A stretch of 64,000 nucleotides of DNA, taken from NCBI RefSeq assembly GCF_000143415.4, contig NW_003314347.1:182583-246582 (forward strand), written 5' to 3'. The notes under the pieces were generated by a model. It did not search any database and was not told the DNA's origin. It was given only the letters and a program-made list of their open reading frames with translations. The position numbers were made by a program, and so were the translations under genes. This DNA comes from Selaginella moellendorffii. Its lineage: Eukaryota > Plantae > Lycopodiophyta. Of this stretch, positions 22,700-36,690 are shown piece after piece. Within the stretch, counting starts at the first letter, position 1. Each line of letters opens with the position of its first letter.

Positions 22700-24505
22700 A
22701 GTTTCGAAAGAAATAAAATACTCACATTTATATCATTTTCTTGCCAGTTGACAAAGGGATACTTGTTAACGCTCTCGCCCAACCTTTCTCTAATATTTGC
22801 CTGAACAAATTTGAGCAGCAAGTAAACACAAAAAACTTGTTAATACCTCCAATTGTTCCTCTTCCCAGCCAAGAATTGCGTTGCTGCCAAGCGCCCGTAA
22901 CATTCCTTGATAAAACACATAGGCATCCTTTTCTTCAACAACTTCTGATCCTGTGGGAAACGGGCGACTCTCCTGTACACCAAATTCTGTGAAACAGGGG
23001 AAGAAAACGACTTATCAACACACCTGACTTATATAAAGGACTCCAACAGGGGCGACGATTTCGGTGGGTAATCTGATTCCACAAAAGCGTGCTTGAAACT
23101 CCATCTCACGCTCCTGGAACAACTGTTCCATGTCTTGAACGGATGTGGAGGCATCCTTGAATGCCTCCTCTTGAAAAGAATCTCCACACCGTCTTCGCAG
23201 CTCGGAAACCTTGAAATCTCAAGCTCAGAGTCTGAACACACAAAATAGCAGAAACTCACCTACTTTTCAAATATACTGACTGACTCAGGAGTAACTCTTC
23301 CATCCCTCAACCTCACGTAGCCAAACACATCCAAGATAGAGTACCGATATTCTTTTGCAGACCACACCTGAGAAGTTTTAAGCCAATGCAGACTTACAGA
23401 GGAAATAAATAAATAAATAAAAATCACACCTTCAAGTACAAGCGGTCAATCGGCAGCCTCTTCTGCAATCTATCCACAAAGAGCCTTGCACCCCCCAAAG
23501 AAACTTGATATACATCCTCCGGCTTGAGACTAAAACACAAACGGAGCTGTAGAGATCAGGTTCATGAAACGAACGCTTACCTCCATTTACATTCGGCAAT
23601 GACACGAGGAACCCAGGTTGCAACACCATCAATGCACCATGCTCCGCCCCTCAATGCAAACATCAGGATGTCCATGACCCATCTCTGCGTGCATCCAGCA
23701 AACACTTAATAGTTAGCAGAAGAATCATGCATACAGTTAGCTTACCAGATTCTGTTTTTTGGAGGACGATTCATGCGCTGCATCTTTCTCGACGTATTCG
23801 AAGCTCCCGTCAGCCTTCCTTACCTTTTCCATATACTTCGTGGAAGACTCTCGGGCAGCAATCTAAGGCTAGTTCAGTACAATAACAAAGGAAAGAAGTC
23901 TTCTTCCTTACTTGTTCACTCGCTGGCATGATGGATTTGATCCCCGTGAAAACGGCAGACATATGGGGCCTGTCTTGCAATTCGCCGTACTTGTCACCGC
24001 AGGGCTCCGCTTGGTATGCATCCTTGATCAGCCGCACAGGCTGAATCATCCTTGTGACTGCTCGCTTCATCCACGGTTTGATCGGCTGCTCGAAATCAAA
24101 CTTGTCATTGGCAGGCATTCTGTGGGTGATCACTCGGATCAGCGGCTGCTGGAAGATGAAAACATCCCGGTCTGCAGAGCAAGGGCTTGCACGAAGAAGC
24201 TTGCATGCTTGTTCCGTTGGGGACAACAAGGAAACTGGAGCCCGGGGAGACGGCTCACCGGCAGGTACCCTCGTTGCTGATGTGGCAGACGTCGCACATC
24301 CCGTATCTGCGTCACCCGATGCACCGAGAGCCCATCCGTGGTGACCGTCAAGGTGGGCTGTCTTGACGGACGTCAGAGCTTCGACTAACTCGTAGCTTGG
24401 CAAGCCGCGCAGCTGCCGCCGTAAAGCCAGTAAAGTAGAGCCTGCTTGCTGTCGCCTTCTCCTCGCTTGCGCTTCGCCGGGCTACCGTTGGCGTGCTCCA
24501 TCCCT
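22700..24505 (-). pseudogene. Multi-exon gene or pseudogene of unknown function, copy 1
   Basis: Short GT-AG introns and open exons (e.g. ORF 23810-24403). ~23130-24505 is duplicated at ~26875-28127. No family recognised. Confidence 0.45.
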
Positions 24506-25254
24506 TAGGGCTAAAGATCTCGCCGAGGGTTTTGTGTCGCGCAGTGTATAGTGGAACTTCTCTCTACCTTGACCCATTTTTTGGGAGCTCTTGAGACTCC
24601 ATTGACGATCCACGACAATGAGGATTGTTTGCGCGCTTGGTTTCTCCACCATCTTCTACTTCTACTGATCACACCTTCCATTCAAGGTTAGTTCCTTTCT
24701 CTTTTTTTCTTTTTTTTTCATTCTTCTTTACTCTAGTGGAAGTATTTTGTGCTGTGTGTCTACAGACCAAAGCATGTGTCCGGCGAAAGTTCTTTTGAAG
24801 GTCGGCTGAGGATGAGAGTGCCTTTCACTATCTCGGCCACTCGTATCACCCCTTGGACGAACCGAGTCCGCTGGGTTTGACGCTCAAGAAGACCCCATCT
24901 TTTCTTGATCTCGTTTCCATGACAATCAGTCAAGGTTGCGGTGAACGATGGGATAGCCAATCGATCGGGTATATTCTAAAACATTTATGACGTCACATTT
25001 AGCAAATTTAACCACGTCAGCAATGCATGACATAGATCCATAAAAAATGGTGGCTCAAACAAGCAGGAAACCTTTCGTCCAATAGACCCGTTTGCAATCC
25101 GCTTACCTGCGGCCACAAAAAGGAAACAAGAGCCAAAAGAAAACAGCATCCAAACCTTTCTGGGGTTCTACCTCCACTAACTTTATGAATGTTCTCAATA
25201 ACGCTGGAAAATCCATGAGACAGCAGAACATTCCCATCTCTGATCTTTGTAGAA

Positions 25255-25460
25255 GCATGTTGACTATCTCCTTTTCTGCCAGAACAATCTTCTCCTGGAT
25301 GAAAGTGTCCAACGGAGCAATGAGGTTCTGCTTTGCCTCTGAGTCACTGTACGTGACTGGAAGTTTTCTGATTCTAAGCTTAAGAGACCTTATGGCGTTT
25401 CACATACTGATGGAGAGCGGTCTGCAAGTGATCAAGAAGGATACTTGACTGCTGATTTGG
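25255..25460 (-). pseudogene. Fragment of translation initiation factor eIF2B delta subunit
   Basis: SQVSFLITCRPLSISM*NAIRSLKLRIRKLPVTYSDSEAKQNLIAPLDTFIQEKIVLAEKEIV matches the plant eIF2B-delta CRPLSISMGNAIR segment, with a stop in place of Gly. Confidence 0.75.
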
Positions 25461-26246
25461 CTTACCTCAACAAGTCTCATCTTTGATACATCAAGAAAAT
25501 TCCCAACATCATCCAGTGGCAGATTTTTGTTGAGCTTGTGCAATACAAGAAGACCAATGTAGGTGAAGGCAATGCTGATCAGGAAGGGATTGCCATGATG
25601 ACTTGTGAAAATTGACAAGCACAAGAAGGGTGCTCCTCTGTTTTTAATCAACTTGGAAACAAGGCATTTCAACAGTGCAAAGGAAAAACTAAGGAGAATT
25701 TAACTTGAAGTGTGAGATGTGTTCAAAGTGTGGGCACCTAAGTATGGATAGTCCCATGAAAAAGTAATGTCAAAAGGCAAATTTGAAAGAGTGTGAATCT
25801 TCCTCCGGTGTGGCATCACATTTTAAAAGTTAACATCAAGATGATGGTGACAATGAAGTAACCAACAATTTGGATGACTCAAAAAGTAGACTTGGACACC
25901 ACTAGCTGTGTTCTTTGGCTGGATTTAGCAGTAGTTAATCACTCAGCTTTTGACACTATTGAAACTTTAATAAAATTTTAATAAAACAAATTAAAAAATA
26001 TTTTTAAAAATAAATTAAAAAAATTAAATAAAAAGAGAAAACATAAAATGTAAACATTAACTATATTTTAGGAATTTTTTATTTTTTATTTTTTCTTTTT
26101 TCTTTTTTGGGTTAGTGCATGGACCTGGACCTCATACAGTATAATAATATCAATATTTCTAAATCACACTCATAAGTTTTTCTTAATTTGAAAATAAAAC
26201 TTATTTATTAAAACTGCATTATTATATGTTTAATTAATCTAAGTCT

Positions 26247-26431
26247 ATGAGTGCATGGAATATGGAAAGGGAATACAGAAAATGTGCATCTCAATTAGCC
26301 CAAAAACCCTAGCTTATATACAGGAGCAAATGGTCCGGATTGAAACCAATCCAACGGCTACCAAAATCCCACCAAAATCCCACTACGCTAATATTAGTAT
26401 ACGGCATCGTAGCCATACACTTGGCCCTCAC
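26247..26431 (-). mobile_element. Solo/partial LTR of the gypsy family at 56069-56286; second degenerate copy at ~26735-26876
   Basis: Shares GGAATATGGAAA..CCCAAAAACCCTA..TCCCACTA.GCTAATATTAGTATACGGCAT..ATACACTTGGCC with 56125-56286. Confidence 0.75.
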
Positions 26432-26874
26432 AAGTTGTAATTTATTTTTAAAGGATTTGAAATATTACATATAATTTACTATACATACTTAATAATAATC
26501 TACTTTAATATGTAGGCTATCATATTCAAACCAGACTTTACAATAGTGTGGTTGTGTCATGAGACAGTACCATTTTACAAATACAATAAAAATGGCTTCA
26601 AAATTATTATCCTTATTATCCAAATTAGAAAATATTAATATGGATTTTGTCTCAGTAGTAAATACCACATTTAGATTTGTATCTGTTGCAATCTTGGTGG
26701 TCAATATGTATTAGCACTAAAAAATTCAAAATGTGAATGCATGGAATATGAAAAATGAATATAAGAAATGTATATATCAAGCTTAAAAACCCTAGCTTAT
26801 ATACATGAGTTAGTGGTCCTAATTAAAATCAATTCAATAGCTACTAATATTAATATATGGCATTAATATATGGC

Positions 26875-28127
26875 ATCTTGAATGGATGTGGAGGCATCCT
26901 TGAATGCCTCCTCTTGAAAAGAATCTCCACACTGTCTTTGCAGCTTGGAAACCTTGAAATCTCAAGCTCAAAGTCTGAACACACAAAATAGCAGAAATTT
27001 ACCTGTTTTTCAAATAGACTGAATGACTTAGGAGTAACTCTTCCATCCCTAAACCTCACGTACACATCCAAAACAGAGTACCGATATTTTTTTGCTGACC
27101 ACACCTGAGAAGTTTTAAGCCAATGCAGACTTACAGAGGAAATAAATAAATAAATAAATAAAAACCACACCTTCAAGTACAAGCAGTCAATCGGCAGCTT
27201 CTTCTGCAATCTATCCAGAAAGAGCCTTGCACCCCCCAAAGCAACTTGATATACATCCTCCAGCTTGAGACTAATACACAAACGGAGCTGTAGAGATCAG
27301 GTTCATGAAACGAACGCTTACCTCCATTTACATTCAGCAATGACACGAGGAACCCAGGCTGCAACACCATCAATGCACCATGCTCCGCCCCTCAATGCAA
27401 ACATCAGGATGTCCATGACCCATCTCTGCGTGCATCCAGCAAACACTTATTAGTTAGCAGAAGATTCAGGCATACAGTTAACCTTAACCATATTCTGTTT
27501 TTTGGAGGACGATTCGTGTGCTTCGGGCAGCAATCTAAGGCTAGTTCAGTACAATAACAAAGGAATGATGGATTTGATCCCCGTGAAAACGGCAGACATA
27601 TGGGGCCTGTCTTGCAGTTCGTACTTGTCACCATAGGGCTCCGCTTGGTACGCATCCTTGGTCAGCCGCACAGGCTGAATCATCCTTGTGACTGCTCGCT
27701 TCATCCACGGTTTGATCTGCTGCTCGAAATCAAACTTGTCATTGGCAGGCATTTTGTGGGTGATCACTCGGATCAGCGGCTGCTGGAAGATGAAAACATC
27801 CCGGTCTGCAGAGCAAGGGCTTGCACGAAGAAGCTTGCATGTTTGTTCCGTTGGGGACAACAAGGAAACTGGAGCCCGGGGAGACGGCTCACCGGCAGGT
27901 ACCCTCGTTGCTGACGTCGCACATCCCGTATCTGCGTCACCCGATGCACCGAGAGCCCATCCGTGGTGACCGTCAAGGTGGGCTGTCTTGACGGACGTCA
28001 GAGCTTCGACGTTTGCAGAATAACTCGTAGCTTTGCAAGCCGCGCAGCTGCCGCCGTAAAGCCAGTAAAGTAGAGCCTGCTTACTGTCGCCTTCTCCTCG
28101 CTTGCGCTTGGCTGCGTGCTCCATCCT
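26875..28127 (-). pseudogene. Duplicate of ~23130-24505 (copy 2, truncated, with indels)
   Basis: Near-identical sequence and ORF translations (27546-28133 vs 23810-24403). Confidence 0.75.
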
Positions 28128-28181
28128 CAACAAGCAACCTTTAACCTCGTCCTTTAGCTACTCCATTTCTTAAGAATATTC

Positions 28182-28710
28182 ATGATGCTTGGCGGCATGG
28201 CACCAATCTTTCCTACAAAACTATGTCCAGCTCCTTAGAGACAGCGAACAATCTTTGGGAGTGTGCTTCTCCAGAAGCTCGACATTGCCAAGCACCTGGC
28301 CAAGCTGCGAGTGGACGTGAATCACGATGCAGGATTCCTCGAGACATCGCCCCAGGAGTCGTGGGCAGTGGAGCTCATCGTGGTCGAGACGAAGAAGGCC
28401 AAGGTGAAGTGGAGGTGATTTGCAAACTTGCGCGTTGTGTCAAATCCAACATTGATGCTGCTTGGAGAGCCATCTGACAAGCCACGAATGGGGACATCCA
28501 TATAAAACATATGCTCAACAAAACACCCTCGCAAGTTCTCACTACCACTGTGCCAAATCCTTGGGCTGCCATGACATTCAAATGCTCTTTGGATCACATC
28601 GAATTGCAATCCTTTCCTCCACATGTCCAATCCAGAGGTTTTGTGCGAGATTTTCGAGGCTGCAGAGCTACCGCCATTGGGTTTGGAGACACTAGTGATC
28701 GGGTGAAATA
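28182..28710 (+). pseudogene. Deleted and degenerate copy of the 5' part of the IPMS-like gene
   Basis: ATGATGCTTGGCGGCA.GGCACCAA start and collinear patches ([30 protein letters not shown]) match 30385-31150. Confidence 0.85.
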
Positions 28711-29516
28711 TCTTGCCCATTAAGAAGCATGAGACCTTATGCAATGCAATGCAATTTTGATTTTGTGCTTATCTCTCCTGGACGCCCAGCATGGGCAAAC
28801 CAGACAAAGGGTGAGCGGACATTGAGGCCATCAACCGCCACTTCTTGATGATGGGATTCGGGCTCTGTAACCGATTCCCATATGGACTGCTATGCATGGA
28901 CACAGGTCTCAATCCTGACAGACTCCAATTCCTTAACTACCCGTAGAGACACCACAGATCGCTGTGTATGTGCAGCAATTCAAGAACCCCAGTTACTTGC
29001 AGACAGTCATAACACAGGCTGGTGGTATGACTCTAGGCGATGGACAAAGAAACTTAACGTCGACCTGGATGCTGCAACTAGTTACCAGTGTCCTTGATAG
29101 CTTAGCATTTAAAGGCTGGCTTCATGGTGCAGATTGCAAGACAAAATTCCAATACTATCTCACCAACGTAAACATCACGGGCCTTCAGTCTACAGCCCAC
29201 TCGGGAAATGCGCTCTGCAAACGCTATCGAGATACCGACTAGAGTGCACAATCTCCATAGCGTGATCGGAGCGTGGTGACGGTCCCCCACCCCCTGGGGA
29301 GATTGGCGATGCCCAGTCTGTGAAAGCTCCCGATCGAGGACGTGGAACATGCCATCTTTCGCTGCCCAGGCTACACACGACTGTAGCTGTACTTTCCAGA
29401 ATTTACCATGTCCTTGCTTACGGAATTCCTCTCCATAGAGTCGACAGGGAACAAATCCTCGCTGACATCAGACTTCCCGTACGTATGCCCCACTGGGTGC
29501 CACAGTGACCTAAAAA

Positions 29517-29518
<2 letters not shown>

Positions 29519-29550
<32 letters not shown>
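29519..29550 (+). repeat. (TC)n microsatellite
   Basis: Directly visible. Confidence 0.95.
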
Positions 29551-29554
<4 letters not shown>

Positions 29555-30384
29555 AAAGCCACACTAATTGCTAATGACAACAACGACGACAGGTTATAGC
29601 TTTATCGAATCAGAGGGTTTATGAGGAGGACTGCAAGAATTTCCAACACAGTAGAGCAGTAGAGCTGTCCAACCTGGGTTGTTAGAAAAACTTTTGTAAT
29701 GGAATTCTTAATTCTTAAATTTGAATTTGAAGCCTAAATTCTCAAGGACATTAGATCTGGGAAACTTTTGCAAAAAATTTGAAGTGGATCATTGCCACTT
29801 GCTGTCTGGCAGCAGTTTCAAGGCCACACCTGAGCTCAGAGGGCATTGCATTGTTGATGGGCTTTTAGAGAAGGAGGCAAGAGGAAAAGATTACTTGGCA
29901 CTAAGGCTTCACAGGCGCAACCGGCAATTGCCGGAGACAACTACAAGCGCTCAGTCCCCATGATGTCTAAAACACATGACACCGTGCTCAACAACAAGCG
30001 CCTGGGAGCCATGGCTCGCTCCTAGAATCCAGCAAGGAGCTAAACACCTCTGCCGCAGTCCCATCATTGCAACAACCAATACCATGACACGACCTGGCAA
30101 CGAAAGGGAGGGACCAGTGAAGAGCTTCCGCGTTGAAGGTCAATTGGCTCCTCTCAGTTGGGCTGAGGGAGGCCAGAATGGGTGGTGCACAGACTCGGAC
30201 AGCCACAAACCACAAAAGCATCTAAAATGAAGAAGCACATAAAATGGCTGCTCGGGAATCAACAGAAACATGAGGGGAGGAACCATTTAACTAAGAAATA
30301 TTTATCTCGTCTAAAAAGCAGGAAATTGTTGACGTGCTTTTACTTTAGGTATTTACTAGTTTCCATTCCTTGAGAAGATTCACG

Positions 30385-32293
30385 ATGATGCTTGGCGGCA
30401 CGGCACCAAGTCTTAGGCAGTCGAGGAGAGCTGGGATCCAGCCTCTAATCAGGAGCTCCGCAGTTGCAAATGGCCGCGCACACTCGACTCGCGAGCAACA
30501 ATCTCTCCCGCAAAACTATGTACAGATCCTCGACACCACCCTGAGAGATGGCGAGCAATCTCCGGGAGTGTGCTTCTCCATCCAGCAGAAGCTCGACATC
30601 GCCGAGCGCCTGGCCAGGCTGCGAGTGGACGTGATCGACGCGGGATTCCCCGCGACATCGCCTCAGGAGTCGCGGGCAGTGGAGCTCATCGCTCGCCAGG
30701 TCGGGAGCTACAAACAAGACGAAGATCTGCATCGTGGTCGAGACGAAGAAGGTCAAGGCGAAGAACAACACGTGCCAGTGATTTGCGGACTCGCGCGCTG
30801 TGTCAAATCCGACATTGATGCTGCTTGGAGAGCCATCCGATACGCCCACAAGCCGCGAATCCTGGCCTTCATTTCCACCAGCGACATCCACATGAAGCAC
30901 AAGCTCAACAAATCGCCCTCGCAAGTTCTCGCCACCGCCGCGGAGATGGTGGCCTACGCCAAATCCCTGGGCTGCCACGACATCCAGTTCGGTGCCGAGG
31001 ATTCTGGGAGGTAATTCCATTCAAATGCTCTTTCGATCACATCGAATTTCAATCCTTTCCTCCACAGATCCGATCCAGAGTTTCTGTGCGAGATTTTCGA
31101 GGCCGTGATCGAGGCCGGAGCTACCTCCGTTGGGATTGGAGACACTGTTGGTTACTTGTTTCCATCCGAGATCGCCAGCCTCGTCAATCGAGTGAAACAG
31201 GGGACCCGGGGAATCGAGGGAATAACCGTTTCCTGTCATTGCCACAATGATCTTGGCCTCGCCACGTCCAACACGCTCGCGGTAAAAACCAATTTTCCTG
31301 AGTTTCCCACGTTTTGTTTGTGACTCCTTTGGGTTTTGGATTGAATTAAAGGCAGCGCTTGCGGGAGCTCGCCAGCTAGAAGTTTCCATGAATGGCATTG
31401 GAGAGCGAGCTGGAAACGCGTCACTCGAGGAGGTATGCGTGGGGAACTCTTAGACTTTGATTGATTTGGTCGGTCGACACTCGTGATCGATCGCTTTAGG
31501 TGGTGATGGCGATGAAGTGCCGCAGTAGAGATCCACTCTTGCAAGGTCTTTACACGGGGATTGAAACCAAGCACATATATCCAACAAGTCAAGCGGTAAG
31601 AGAGCTTGACGAGTTTTCTCCAAGTTTCTTGGAAGGAACTTGTGGCGTCTAAAAGTTGATGAAGATCTCTCCAAGTTTCTTGGAAGAAACTCACTGTGGC
31701 TTGGTTTCCATGCTCCAGGTCGCAGACTACGCTGGAATGCTCGTCCAGCCAAACAAAGCCATCGTTGGAGCCAACGCGTTTGTTCACGAAAGTGGAGTCC
31801 ACCAAGTATGTTTGCAAGATCCATCTCGAAACCTTCTTAGTCTTTACGTGGAAATTGTTTTGGTCAGGATGGTATTCTCAAGAACCGGGCAACTTACGAG
31901 ATTTTATCACCAAGCGATATCGGACTCGTTCAAACACACGCCGAACACATAGTCCTCGGGAAGCACAGGTTTGTGTTTCTAGAATCTTATACATTGTCAT
32001 CTTCTTCTTCTTTCGTGTTGTAGTGGCAAGCATGCCCTCAGTGCACGTTTGACAAAGGTACTGGTGTCTCTTTCGGATCACAAAGTAGATGGTTTTGGAA
32101 TTGTTTCAGCTGGGATATAATCTCGACACGGAAGCGTTAGGCGAGGTTTTCATGAGATTCAAGGCAGTGGCCCACGAGAAGAAGGTGACACTTCTACTAT
32201 CTTGGCTTGGTTTCCAGATCTTATTCAGTTTTTTCATGGTAGATTGTCACAGACACAGACTTAACAGCACTGGTGGTGGGCGAAAAACTTTAA
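30385..32293 (+). CDS. 2-isopropylmalate synthase / MAM-like DRE-TIM enzyme, ~9 exons, no C-terminal regulatory domain
   Basis: [83 protein letters not shown]|DGILK. The last exon reads [17 protein letters not shown]-terminus resembles a transit peptide. Confidence 0.9.
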
Positions 32294-32486
32294 GCGTCGG
32301 ACATACAACAAGTTGTGACTATGATTTTTGTTGGAATTCTTAATAATTTGCTGCTAGAAGAATGATAATTTATAATCACTTGCTTAACCGCTTTAACTAC
32401 CTACTAATTGATAGACAACAATAATATTAGATTTAAATAAGCTCTGTACACAGTAGAAAAATATATACATAGTCAATCCACTGTCA

Positions 32487-34089
<1,603 letters not shown>

Positions 34090-34123
34090 TCACTACAAGA
34101 AGAAACCTTAGGTCGACCCTAAC

Positions 34124-36259
34124 TTAAATACCCTGTCGGTGGGAAAAAGACGCATCCCAGCCGTTCGTTTGGACGGCGAGATCGCCACCGCGTCCGCCCG
34201 TTGGGAAGGAACGGCGGATGTGGCCCCGGGTTCTATACATGCTTGCCAAGAGCACGTATGGCGTCACAGCCCCGGGATTAAAACCCGCCACCTTCTTCGC
34301 GGCGACCTCTCCCAATTCTAGATCGTTGTGACTCAAGCAAGCTCCCAGCAAGCTCGTCCATTCCAAGGAATCGGGAAGAACAGGCATCTTTGCGATGAGA
34401 TCGCTGGCGTCTCTTAGATACCCTGCGCGGCCGAGGACGTCGACCATGCAGCAGTAGTGGAGCTTTGTGGGTTTCATTTGGAAATCGCTGATCATGGATT
34501 GGAAATTTGTCCTAGCAGCGAAAGCTTTGCCGTAATGGCTGGACGAGATCAACACCCAGATGAGTGTGATCTCGTCCAGGTTGTGTATTAACGCCATTGC
34601 TCCAAAGAGTTGAGAGGCCTCGGTGATTTGCGCATTTTGTGTATACGCCGCAAGCATCACATTCCAAGATATTGTGTCCCTCTCTGGCATAGAATTGAAG
34701 AGTTTTTCTGCTACAGTCAGATTCCCATTCTGGGCATATGCCGAGAGCATCAAAGTCCGCGAGACAAGTGAGTGCTCAGGAATCTTACATGACAAAAAAA
34801 TAGCATCTTGGAAATGCCCTCTTAGAGTATATCCATGGATCATGGCATTCCAGGTAATAAGATTCCTCTCTGGCATCGAATCGAACAATGCCCGTGCCTC
34901 TTCTAAGCAGCCACCCTGCACGTAAGTCGATAGCATCGCGTTTATGGATACCACGTCCCTTCTAGGCATAGAATCAAACATTCGCTTTGCTTCTAGAATA
35001 TCCCCTTGCTGGGCATATCCAGTCAGCAATGCTGTGGCGAGAATCAAGTCGTCCTGTGCCACATCAGCACGCATGCACTTAGCCTCTTTTACGCTGCCAT
35101 GCCTCGTGTACGCTCCAAGCATGGAAGTCCACGACACGTAATCTTGACGTGGCATCTCGTCATATAACTTCTTCGTTGCCAGCAAGTCCCCCGCCTGGGC
35201 ATATACAGTCAGCATCGCTGTCCAAGACACCATATCCCTTTGTGGCATGTCATCGAAGACTTTTCTTGCCTCCGTGGCATCTCCATGCCTCGCATACACG
35301 TCCAACATGGCAGTACACGTCACCATGTCCGTCTCAGGCATGCCATCAAACATTTGCTTTGCTTCCTCCAAATGCCCGTGCTGGGCATACACGACCAGCA
35401 TGGACGTCCACGACAGCAAATCCCTCTCCGGCATGGCGCTAAAAACAGACGTGGCAATTTCCAGCTCACCATTTCGTGCCAACGCTGCCAGAATCGTGTT
35501 CCATGTCACCAAGTCCCTCTCTTGAAACTGGGAAAATAGTCTCATCGCTTCGTGCAAATGCCCGTTCCAGGCATATGCTTCGAGCATTGCGTTGAGAGCA
35601 AAGAGGTCGTGAACAGGCATGGAATCAAACACTGCCTTGGCCTCTCGCAAATCTCCACTCTTGGCAAGCGCGACGAGCACAATCGTCCAGGTAATCACAT
35701 TCCGCTGCGGCATTTCATCGATCATCGCTTTGGCCTGGGCGAGATCGCAGTTTGCGTAGAGCGAGAGCATCAAGTTCCATGACACTAGCCACTTCCCGGG
35801 CATCCGATCAAAGAGCTCCTTCGCATCCTCCACGCTCCCGGCCCGGACGAATGCCGCCAGCATCGAATTCCAGCAGATGACATCGCGGAGTGGCATCTTC
35901 TCAAAGAGATCGCGCGCACGATCTAGATGCCCAGCACGGGCATAGGCAGAGACCATGATGTTCCAGGAGACGAGGCGCCTGGTGGGCATGGAATCGAAGA
36001 TCTTGGCCGCGTCGAGGAGGCGATTCGCGTGGAAGTAGGCAGTGAGCATGAGATCCCAGGAGAAATCGTCCCTGGCGGCGCCCATCCCTGCGAAGATCTC
36101 GTGGGCGTGATCCACACTCCCGCATCGCCCAAACATCTCGATCAGCTTGTTGGCGAGAAAGGAATCGTGGCGTGGAATCGAGATTCTCGAGCGCAGCTCC
36201 AGCGCGCGCGGGAGTGTGTTGCAAGATTGAATGAGTCCAAGGCACTCTTTCCTTTCCAT
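34124..36259 (-). CDS. PLS-class pentatricopeptide repeat protein with E domain
   Basis: 711-aa intronless ORF with tandem ~31-aa repeats (..FD.MP.RD.VSW..ML..YA..G) and C-terminal HYCCMVDVLGRAG..WTSLLGAC. Confidence 0.92.
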   Translation of the reverse strand: MERKECLGLIQSCNTLPRALELRSRISIPRHDSFLANKLIEMFGRCGSVDHAHEIFAGMGAARDDFSWDLMLTAYFHANRLLDAAKIFDSMPTRRLVSWNIMVSAYARAGHLDRARDLFEKMPLRDVICWNSMLAAFVRAGSVEDAKELFDRMPGKWLVSWNLMLSLYANCDLAQAKAMIDEMPQRNVITWTIVLVALAKSGDLREAKAVFDSMPVHDLFALNAMLEAYAWNGHLHEAMRLFSQFQERDLVTWNTILAALARNGELEIATSVFSAMPERDLLSWTSMLVVYAQHGHLEEAKQMFDGMPETDMVTCTAMLDVYARHGDATEARKVFDDMPQRDMVSWTAMLTVYAQAGDLLATKKLYDEMPRQDYVSWTSMLGAYTRHGSVKEAKCMRADVAQDDLILATALLTGYAQQGDILEAKRMFDSMPRRDVVSINAMLSTYVQGGCLEEARALFDSMPERNLITWNAMIHGYTLRGHFQDAIFLSCKIPEHSLVSRTLMLSAYAQNGNLTVAEKLFNSMPERDTISWNVMLAAYTQNAQITEASQLFGAMALIHNLDEITLIWVLISSSHYGKAFAARTNFQSMISDFQMKPTKLHYCCMVDVLGRAGYLRDASDLIAKMPVLPDSLEWTSLLGACLSHNDLELGEVAAKKVAGFNPGAVTPYVLLASMYRTRGHIRRSFPTGGRGGDLAVQTNGWDASFSHRQGI

Positions 36260-36390
36260 ACTCTCACCATGATCTAGATTGGATTTGAGGCGTTCCTACT
36301 CTCGTCGGTGGTCAAAACCTTGTTGACTACCGAAAAACTCTAATAGAAGATTTGAAAGAAACCATCACTGTCTGTCAATTGGGGGTGATT

Positions 36391-36690
36391 TTATTTATGA
36401 CGCTTGTAGATTTTGGAAAGGATGAGCTTCAAGACTTGCTGCGATGGAAAACGAAACGAGAGAGAGAGATTAGAGTTAATCAATGTTTTTTCTTCACCAA
36501 TTGTATGAAGAGTCATAGCTCTCAATTTCACAATCGAGGAAAAGTTTCTGCAGCACAGAGAAAAAAGACTTTTTTGTAGCCCCGTTTCTAGCCTGGACGA
36601 GACCAAGAAGCTCAAACGAGGGGCATTCACTGTCGCATTTGAATACAATCTTGTTATCCATCACAAGGAAAACACTCAAGAATGGAATAG
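36391..36690 (-). pseudogene. 3' fragment of farnesyl diphosphate synthase gene (duplicate of ~49158-49530)
   Basis: QVLKLILSKIYKRHK* and the adjacent intron/exon match the 3' end of the intact FPS gene. Confidence 0.8.

Noticed and set aside
28880-30250. Short ORFs between the IPMS pseudogene and the IPMS gene
   Set aside because: No recognisable family or consistent exon structure.
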